The position numbers and the translations under genes are program-made. From Octopus vulgaris (taxonomy: Eukaryota), in assembly GCA_951406725.2 (NCBI GenBank), contig OX597827.1:53940001-54004000 (forward strand): DNA of 64,000 nt. The letters run 5' to 3'. Positions 54,561 to 64,000 of this stretch are shown here, in pieces (position 1 is the first letter of the stretch; every line of letters begins with the position of its first letter). Under the pieces are notes generated by a model. The model did not search any database and had not been told where the DNA came from. It saw nothing but the letters and a program-made list of their open reading frames with translations.

Positions 54561-55341
54561 TACATTGCCTGCATCTAATGAGTTTTTTTCACAGATGGAG
54601 GACTGAGTGCTATAGACTAGGGAACCAAATGGCCTGGTATAATAATTGTTACAAATAATAAAGTATTGAATACAAACCAAATTATCACAGACTATTAGTA
54701 CAAACTTATGTAAATTTGTTTATAGTACATAGAGAGTTATCTGATGAAGTCATATCATCTCATTATATCTGCTTTCACAGCATGCATAACCTACATCTGG
54801 TCGGTGTCTTACATTACTTAATGATTGTATTACATTTAAGAAACATTTTTTTAATTATCTAAATGAAAATTTCTTGTAGTAACATGAAAAAATTGTTAGA
54901 TTTTTCATTCATGTATTGGCTATTTGCAATCAGTGGATGACAACAAAACCATAAAGCTGGTGCATCACTCTGATTGCCAATTGTGGAAACACAAAACCTC
55001 ACAGCCAGAAAAACAAGTTTTATTCTGTGCTGGAGAATTCTTTTGACAAACGATGAACAATAATACAGCTGATCTGAAAGATAATAAAATTGATACACTG
55101 TACTCTGATAACATAGTTTATATATGATAAATTAATGGTTTCATATTTTTTCTCAAATACTGTCACTATATTGTATTTACATGTACAGAATTATGCATTT
55201 TCCTCTACAATCCCACTTTAAAATATCTTTCAAAAGGTGTGTGATGAAACATTTTAGATTTATATTTTTATACGAAATATACTTGTAAAATAGGAGTGAG
55301 TCTTACTTGAAAGTATGTCTTACACACCAGCAAATATGATA

Positions 55342-55830
55342 TCAGGTCATCCCATAAGTTCTGTCCGATTTTACCTTTCTTAAAATTGAATAAAATTTAA
55401 TAGTATTTTAGAATGTCTAACAGTAAAAATTATTTTTATGCATTTGTGTAAATTTAAACTAATTAAATATTATTTTACAGAATAATAGAATTAAAATTTC
55501 TTTGATTAAAACCCTTTGTAACATGGAAGTATCCAAACAGAATTTGAGGTACATAATGCTTTATGAGTACAAAAAAGGAAACTCTGCAGCCGAAGCGACT
55601 CAAAACATACACTCAGTTTATGGGAAAGAATGCTTGAATGAAAAAAAACTTGCAGAAGATGGTTTCCAAATTTCATAAATGAAGATTTCAACCTTGAGGA
55701 TGAAGATCGTCCAGTTGAGTTTGATGATAAGCTCCTTGAGGCATTACTTGAAGAAAATCCTGCATTAACAGTTGAAGAATTGGCAATAAAGCTTAGTTCA
55801 AACCATACAAACTGTCTATTGACATCTTCA
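55342..55830 (+). mobile_element. Mariner 5' half
   Basis: TIR TCAGGTCATCCCATAAGTTCTGTC; MEVSKQNLRYIMLYEYKKGNSAAEATQNIHSVYGKE from 55523. Confidence 0.85.
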
Positions 55831-57481
55831 ACTGATGCTAGTGTGTTTATGTCCCTGTAACTTAGTGGTTCAGCTAAAGAGACTGATAGAATAAGTACTA
55901 GGCTTACAAAAAATAAGTTCTGGGGTTGATTTCTGTGACTAAGAACCTTTAAGGTGGTGCTCCAGCAGGGCTGCAGTCAGATGACTGAAACAAGTGAAAA
56001 AGTAAAAGTGTGTATGCATGTATCTATATATATATGTATGTATACATATATACAAATCATCTGTGCAGGTAGGCTGTTCTGTAAAAATTGCGGAATCTTC
56101 ATCTGTTTACGTAAATTTCATGGTTTGTGTGTGTGTTTGTTTTTTGAGTTTTGAGATCTGAATTGCTTCCCTTTTCATCTGGTGATTAATCACCAGAAAC
56201 CTATCCATGTCAAATATTCAGTTGATATTTGACATGCAAAGTATTGATCTCCTTAGGTGCCTTAGTTTATCAGTTTTTTTTTTCTTTCAACATCTCACTG
56301 ATATTCTTTTATTTATGGCTGATTTTCATTCTGTTTGTTGCATTGGGTCCAGAAACAAAAGGCGATTTCAGTGATATGTAATAATGTGTACAATAGAATA
56401 GTCATAAGCTTTAATTTAAGAACATCATCATGCAAAATTCTCATATGAATTTTACTTTAGATTTATTTTGCACCTTCTCTGATATGTTCATTCATACTAT
56501 TAGTAATTATTAATTATTGTTATAATATTTTTCAGGTGTATGATGAGAGTTAAATTAAAAGTGGGTTGGGTTTAAAATTTGTTATCTTAAAATTTGGAAA
56601 ACCTTATATTTGAGAAAACATCTTCCAGCAGATGAAAATGTGGGGAGCCTTACAACATATATATATATAGCCTGTAAACCACTAAGTATGCCACTATCTA
56701 ACAATCAAGCTTTGAAATACTTCCTAAATTTAACTAATGATGAGCTTAAACATGAAAATCAGATCTTCGCAATTGGAGTTGTGTTAAATAAAATTCAAGA
56801 ACTTTGGGATGTAGCAAGTATTCTATCTTAAGATGTAAGACATGCTGGCCAAGAAGAAAATTAAAGACCCTAATTGAAGAGAGAGTTAGACTAATTTGTT
56901 ACAAGAAAAGGTCTACTTTCAATGACTATCTGACAAATTTTAAAGAAAAACTTATCTGATAAGGTTGCATATTTTACAAGCAATCAGATAAAAATGAACA
57001 CAAATGCAATCAGATAAAAATGAACACAACAAAGAATGAGCTGTAGAAATCTTGTGATCTGAAATTTTGGGTGGAACTAATATGTATTTTAAGCTGATTT
57101 GATAAGAATTATATTAAATAAATATCAGAAAATGCAAGAAAGATAAAAAAGGTATTGAAATGTATAAGAAAAGAGATGCCTTGACAATTCAACTTCACAA
57201 GAATTTGTATTATTGAAACAGGAATTTGAAGTTGTGCATGTGAGACTCCAATATTGTATCATTCTATAAATATAGTTGACCTGATATTTGACATGTATCA
57301 GTTTCTGATGATTTGTCACCAGATGAAAATAAGGCAATTCAAATTTCTAAATTTTTTTCAGACTTTGGCACACCCTTTTGCTACGTGCATACACACACAT
57401 AAATATGTAACCAAGTGTGAGTATGTGTGTGTTTGTGTGTGTGTGTGTGTGTGTATACACACGCACACACACACACACACA

Positions 57482-57795
57482 CGTGGCTTAGTGGTTAGGG
57501 CATTCGGTTCATGATTGTAAGGTCATGAGTTCGATTCTTGGTGACGCGTTGTGTCCTTGAGCAAGACACTTTATTTCATGTTGCTCCAGTCCACTCAGCT
57601 GGCAAAAAGGAGTAGTACCTGTATTTCAAAGGGCCAGCCTTGACACACTCTGTGTCACACTGAATCTCCCTGAGACCTACGTTAGGGGTACATGTGTCTG
57701 TGGATTGCTCAGTCACATGCACGTTAATTTCATGAGCAGGCTGTTCCATTGATCATATCAGCTGGGACCCTTGTCATCGCAACTGACGGAGTGCT

Positions 57796-57797
<2 letters not shown>
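57482..57797 (+). mobile_element. tRNA-derived SINE (further family)
   Basis: A box TGGCTTAGTGG, B box GAGTTCGATTC, then TGTGTCCTTGAGCAAGACACTT..CCACTCAGCTG body. Confidence 0.75.
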
Positions 57798-57829
<32 letters not shown>

Positions 57830-57849
57830 GGAAAATGTGTTGTTGAAAA

Positions 57850-58190
57850 TGCACTTAAATTCAAAAGGTCGTAAATGTTTAAAATACAAAGATCTGGAAG
57901 TAGAGGTACCACGAATGTGGAGCCTAAAAACAGAAACAATTCCTATAATAATAGGTGCATTAGATATGATAAAAAAACATTCAGATAAATACTTAACAAA
58001 GACACCAAGACTTACAAGTATATATAACATTCAGAAAATAGTACCACTAGGCACTGCACACATCCTACATAAAACACTTTCAATACAGTGAAAATAAGAG
58101 CACCACAACACATACCCTGGGCACACAGAGCTGTACTCAGTAGTGCAGTGAAAGCATGTGATAGAAATAAAGCTACTGAATAATAACCAC
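57850..58190 (+). mobile_element. 3' end of R2/R4-type (restriction-like endonuclease) non-LTR retrotransposon
   Basis: KCLKYKDLEVEVPRMWSLKTETIPIIIGALDMI..IQKIVPLGTAHIL; a second, more decayed copy at about 59085-59300. Confidence 0.75.
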
Positions 58191-58199
58191 AACAACAAT

Positions 58200-58415
58200 C
58201 ATTTCTACTATAGGTACAAGGCCTGAAATTTGGTGGATGGGGCCAGTTGATTAGATCAACCTCAGTACACAACTGGTACTTAATTTATCGACTCCCGAAA
58301 AGATGAAAGGCAAAGTCAGCCTTGGCAGAATTTGAACTCAGAATGTAGCGACAGGCAAAATATCACTATGTATTTCGTCCAGCATGCTAACGATTTTACC
58401 AGCTTGCCACCTTGG
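58200..58415 (-). mobile_element. SINE S2
   Basis: Reverse complement of the family at 46794-47000; further copies at 59547-59750 and 10260-10420. Confidence 0.75.
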
Positions 58416-59318
58416 CAACAACAACAATAATAATGATACTGATAACAGCAACACACCTGTTTCTGTCCTCATTCTTGATCACTCTCTCTCTCTCTCTGAC
58501 CAGGTAACTATGTATCTTCTCTACAGCTAGACACCTGTTTCTGTCTTTCTGTCACACTCTAAACCTTTCATCATCTGGCACAAGATCACCTCCTCCAATG
58601 CTGACCATGCAGGTACTGGTGTCACATAAAAAGCATCCAGTCCACACTGTAAAGTGGCTGACATTTGGAAGGGCGTCCAACTGTAAAAACCATGCCAAAA
58701 CTGACCTTGCCTGTGCCAGTTCCACATAAGTGCATTCAGTCTGTTCTGCAGGGTGTTTGGTTCTGGGAAGGACATCCAGCCATAAAATCCATGCAAAAAC
58801 AGACACTGAAACCTGCTGTAGTTTTCTGCCTAGCTAACTCCTGTCAAACCATCCAACCCATATCAGCATGGAAAGCAGATGTTGAATAATAATAGTATTT
58901 TTATTGTTCCTTTGATATTGGCTAGATAACAAATACCTGCTGAGCAACAACCAGTAACCTACAGCAGGTATTATTGTGTAATGTTTCTGTTCAACACAAG
59001 ATTCCAGGTTTTCATCATTGGCTTAAAAAAAAAAGAAAAAGAAGAAAGAAAAAGGGGGGAAAAAAAACTGTTCTTACCAGGAATATGATAAACTTGCCAA
59101 ATATAAAAACCTAGAAATTGAAATAAGCAGGATGTGGCACCTGGAAATGGGAACAATATCAATTGTGACTAGATCACTTGGGGTCATGAAACAAACAATC
59201 AGTGGCTTCCTTGAAAAATTCCCAGGAAAACCTAGCAAATAAGAAATCCAGAAAATAGTCCTACACAATATGACTCATACATTACATAAATTATTATTAT
59301 TAAGGATTATTATTATCA

Positions 59319-59546
59319 TTAACCCTTTTGTTACTGTATTTATTTTGAGATGCTCTGTGTTTCTTTCAATTACTTTAAATATAACAAAGAATTTAGTAAA
59401 ATAACTTAGTTATCATTCAGCTTGTGTTAGGAACATAAATTGTGAGTAAGGTTTGGTGGAAGATTTTAATTCAAAACTTATGGAAACGCGACATTTGTAC
59501 TCAGAGCCAGAGCTGGTTTCAGCTGGGTTAGTAACGAAAGGGTTAA
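59319..59546. mobile_element. piggyBac-type MITE, family B
   Basis: TTAA-CCCTTTTGTTAC ... GTAACGAAAGGG-TTAA. Confidence 0.88.
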
Positions 59547-62029
59547 AGTGGCAAGCTAGCAGAATTGTTAGCATGCCAGGCAAAACACTTAGTAACATTT
59601 TGTACTTCTTTACATTCGGAGTTCAAATTCTGCTGAGGTCAACTTTGCTTTTCAACCCTTAAGCGTACCAGTTGCACATTGAGGATAATATAATTGACTA
59701 GCACCCTCCACATAAATTTCAGGCCTTGTGCCTATAGTAGAAAGGATAATTATTATTTATTCTTTTTATTTCAAGTTTTGTTGTAACTCCTGGAGTCTTG
59801 CACACATATCTAAGGCTGGTAGAATTGGTAGCAGGCTGGGCAAATGCTCAGCAGCATTCCATCTGTTTTTGTGTTCTGAGTTCAAATTCTGCCATGGTCA
59901 ATTTTGCCTTTCATACTTTCAGCTTAATAAAATAATTACCAGTTGATCACTGGTGATACTTTCCTGATTATTCAGGCCATACTAAGGAGACAAACCTTTT
60001 GTAACAGTTCTACTGGGCATTCTATTACAATTTCTTTTATATTCCTCTTTGTGCATCGCGACCCCCTTCATATCTACAATAGGGTCATGAACTATTCAAT
60101 GAAAATCCAGGGTTACTCATGGTCGGTGAGTTTTTAATAAAAATGCAGAGGTGGTTCATCAACTCAAAAATCGATATCCATGAAATAATCATACTTTCTG
60201 AGTTCTTAATGCAAAAAACCTTCCTGTTGACTGTCTTTGTAATCCCAGCTACTTGGCTGTGAAGAGGGAACAGACAAAGAGATAGATAGATGGACAGATA
60301 GACGAACATAATACCGATTATAGTAAGATAGCAAATCTGCCCATCTACTATAGGAAACAAAGGGATACTATCGCAAATCTAAACCCTCTAAATTCACAAA
60401 CTACGCATGCATAAGTATATATGTACCTCCATCCACCCCACTCCACCCCCTACACACACACAAACCAGATAATTGCATAATTTGGTTAACAGCATCAAAT
60501 ATATGTAAAAAATCAATTGGTTAATTACCTTTGCAAAAAAAACTTTCATTTTGGTTCATTACGTACAATTTTTTTTCTGAAATTGAGTAAAAAATATTGC
60601 AAAATGTAGCATAAAATTGAACATTTATTTGATTTAACAAAGTAAAGCTACAAGCTTCTTTTTTTCATGATGAGTTAAAATGACCACAGACAGTTTAACT
60701 TTTCCAATTTTTGTTTACAAACAACTAACGTTAAAAGATTCAAATATATTCAAGTTATTCTTAACATTTCAATGAATTAACGATTATCAAAGTTTAGATT
60801 CCAGTGTGCTTTTTTTTCTTAAACTTATTTTGTGTTGTGTAACAACTGTCTTCAATAATTAAATTTGTTTAGAAATAAAATTTGTAAAATACAGTTTTGA
60901 ATTGTGCAGTCAATAGATGCTGTTTTGTTTTTATTTTCACTATCAGCTACATTAGCTTGTGAAAGCCAGATTAAATTTCTATTACTCCATTCGATCCTTG
61001 TTGCTATCATTGAGTAAACTATGGTGTATGAAAGCTTTGACTAAGCTTTGGTAATTAAAGTCATGTATGCAACAGAATATAAATGTGCAAGGCGCTGGTA
61101 TTGCTGTGTGGTAAGAAGTTTACTTCCCAACCACATAGTTCTGGGTTCAGTCCCACTGTGTGGCACCTTGGGCAAGTGTCTTCTACTATAACCTCAGGCC
61201 AAGCAAAGCCTTGTGAATGGATATGGTAAATGGAAACTGAAAGAAGCCTGTCATATATATATATATATATCATCGTTATTTAACATCCATTTTTCATGCT
61301 GGCATATATAATATCTATGTGTGTATGTGTCTTTGTATCTGTGTTTGTCCTTCAACACCACTTGGCAATTGGTGGTGGTGTGTTTACATTCTCACAACTT
61401 AGTGGATTGACTAAGTACCAGACTTAAAAAAAAAAAATAAGTACAGGAGTCAATCCATTCAACTAAAACTTCTTCAAGGTAGTGCCTCAGCATGGCCACA
61501 GTCTAATGACTGAAACAAGCAAAAGGTAAAAGATTTCAGAGTACACAAGTTATGTTGTGCTGTGTTATGTATGGTGTTACTGAACCTACTAGTCTGGCAT
61601 AAACACAACTCAAGAATATACATAGAAAATTCAAGCTACTACAACCTAACTTAATTTTTGTTTCTGGATATTTATTATTTGATCTGAAGGCAAATCATTA
61701 CCAGATTATTACCAGATACTGCAATTATGATAAAGAAAATCAGTTTCAGATAACAAATTTTCAGTGAATTTATACATTCAGCTTCTCACTACGAAAATAT
61801 TGGAGAGGAGACTGTGAAAGCAAATAAGAAACAAATAAATTTTACATAATAACAGGTTGAATATGGATAAAAAATAGCAAGAAGAGAAAAAGATGAAAGA
61901 ATTATTCAGATAGTAGGCAAATAAAAGGCTTGCTAATTTAAGGGAGTATGGAATACTAGAAAGAGTATACATCTTAGAAAGGGGTTTAAAAGTAAATAAT
62001 GAGTGAGAAGACCAAATCAAGTGAGAAAA

Positions 62030-62740
62030 TTTGCCCCATTTTCGTTATGTTATGATGTGAACATATCTGAAGTAGTCTTTGCTTAAGTATTTCGATGTAT
62101 TTTTCAGAGTTTATGGTTCCAACACCTTCGATCAGCTCAGAACGACCATTGCTGGTGACAGCTCCCCATACAATTACAGAGATACCACCATGTTTCACAG
62201 TTAGTTGGAGTTATTTCAAATCAAATTCTTGATTGAGAAGCCTCCAGACCCAAACACGTCCACAAATAATGCAAATCTAGATTCATCTGAGAAAATCCCT
62301 CTATCCCAAAATTAAATGGATTTTTCTGACATCTCCTTAGCCCATTTCTTTCTTTTCATGCTATTAATTGGTTGAAGGAGAGGTTTTCTTCTAGCTGCTC
62401 ATCCATAATACCCAAACTTATGCAGATATGTAACATACGTTCTGGGACTAACTTCTAGCTGTCTTGCAATGTCAGAAGCCTTCAAACAGGGTTCGTTTTC
62501 CACAATTCTCTTCAAACAGTGAAGCTTCCTTTCCAAGGGTCCAGGTCGGTTGGGACAAGAATCTGTTGTTTCTTTTCCTTGGCTTTTGAATTGCACTATA
62601 ATTCTTTTAAAAGTAGCAAAAGGAATTTGAAGATTTTCAGCAATTTTTTGCTGGTTAAGACCAGCCTCAGATTGCCCAACAATACGATCTCTTTGAAAAT
62701 CTGACAGTTCTGCTGAATTTTTTGTGCATGGCATGGATAC
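62030..62740 (-). mobile_element. Degenerate Tc1-type transposase, 3' truncated
   Basis: AELSDFQRDRIVG..QKIAENL HTH, IFSDESRF and TVKHGGISVIVWGAVT motifs. Confidence 0.85.
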
Positions 62741-62751
62741 TCTTATACATA

Positions 62752-63085
62752 TCAGGTCATCCCATAAGTTCTGTCTGAATTTTAAATAAAGAAAATAAGT
62801 GATCAAATGTTATATTTAAATGAAATTTAATCATCAATGTACTTTTCCTGATTATCTGACTTCCTTCCATCTATTTACAAGCTTTTTAATCCCATCAATG
62901 TAAAACTCTTTTGGTTTCAAAGGGAAGAACTCTGAAATGTCAGTTTCGACCTCCTGGTTTGCAAAAGTTATGTCCCCCAAATGATTCTGTAAACTACAAA
63001 ACGAATGGTAGTCTGAAGGAGTAACATCAGGTAATAAGGTGGATGAGGAATTTTTTTCCCAGCCAAGCTCTTCGATCTTCTGTGA
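62752..63085 (-). mobile_element. Mariner 3' end (same TIR family as 55342)
   Basis: TIR TCAGGTCATCCCATAAGTTCTGTC; IPHPPY motif on the minus strand. Confidence 0.8.
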
Positions 63086-63689
63086 TGTGATCTTTTCAGT
63101 TCACTGTTGCTGGATGATTTGTCTCTACTTCTGATATATTTATGTATTTCTAACATTTCGTCTATAGTAGATACTACTCAGGATGAATACTGTGGTTTAT
63201 CAGGTTTTCAGTTATGTGTCTGTTACACACATACACTCACACTAGATCACATGTTTTGATTATTTTAATTTTATATTCTGTCTATATGTATTTTATGTTG
63301 CCTGATTGTATTTTATATTGTGTCCATACGTAATTTAAGTTCTCCCTCGTCAGTGATATTTTTGGAAGTAATTTTCATTTTGTATTTAGTTATTATATAA
63401 TTCATCTTTCACTACAGTTAGATGCTGGATTCAATTTATTCCTAGTTTAAGAGAAACCTAACTTGATTTCATATTCGTGTTGTTCAAATATTTTCAGATA
63501 AATGTATCTAACAAATAAAATAAGTGACAACTCAAAATTTTATTTTTAATTTACTCAAAATTTTCCAAATAAAAATATTTAACAAATAAAATAGTTGGTA
63601 AACTCAGACTTTTATGTTTACTTTGGTAAAATTTTTCATATAAATGTATTTTAGCAGATATAATAATTGAAAACCACAGAAAATATATA

Positions 63690-63900
63690 ACAGTTTCAAA
63701 ACTGAGATTAAATGTGCTTTGAAGATCATACATTTGTGAACATTATCATCTTTTCCAACAGAAGACATTATATAAATATTAGAAGACATTGATAGGTTCG
63801 AATACCTGGGGATCTTTGTTTCTAACATTGGAGGTGGTACCATGAATTTGGAAAACAGACTGACCAAAGCTGTGATTTGTATGTATTCCCTTTCTAACAA
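63690..63900 (+). mobile_element. Old RTE-like LINE fragment
   Basis: Plus-frame EDIDRFEYLGIFVSNIGGGTMNLENRLTKA resembles the post-RT F.YLG motif. Confidence 0.55.
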
Positions 63901-64000
63901 AGAATATGAAATTTTGATTATTAAATTTCATATTGTTTTAATCCACTTATTGTTGATTGAGGTTTTGCTCATTTTGGAGTATGATAGTATCTTCTGGAGT

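Noticed and set aside
54736-54790. Hammerhead-like GTTAT-CTGATGA...ATAAC
   Set aside because: The GAAA and UH core elements are missing; at best a decayed remnant.
55342-63085. Single large composite mariner formed by two same-family ends
   Set aside because: The TIRs are in direct, not inverted, orientation, so these are two independent fragments.

Overview
AT-rich eukaryotic DNA made almost entirely of microsatellites and transposable elements. The repeat families suggest an octopus or other coleoid cephalopod (inference). No host protein-coding gene could be recognised, and most listed ORFs are microsatellite translations. The main structure is a young Penelope-like retroelement (about 29749-36544, minus strand). 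It has a 5'-truncated RT plus GIY-YIG endonuclease ORF broken by a single homopolymer frameshift. Its about 3.5-kb pseudo-LTR is built mostly of degenerate microsatellites, and about 2 kb of it is repeated in inverted orientation, each arm carrying a type I hammerhead ribozyme. Three more sequence-unrelated hammerhead-bearing remnants occur at about 8.1 kb, 19.7/20.3 kb and 25.8 kb, two of them associated with inverted repeats, plus two older Penelope coding fossils. The window also holds mariner, Tc1 and DD37D relics (one scrambled into three pieces), piggyBac-type and hAT-type MITEs, CR1/L2-type, RTE and R2/R4-type LINE fragments, several tRNA-derived SINE families (one sharing a covarying 3' stem-loop with a LINE), an apparently perfect 323-bp templated inverted insertion, and a 19-bp minisatellite born inside a LINE 3' UTR. 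All coordinates were read by eye; boundaries of decayed elements are approximate.
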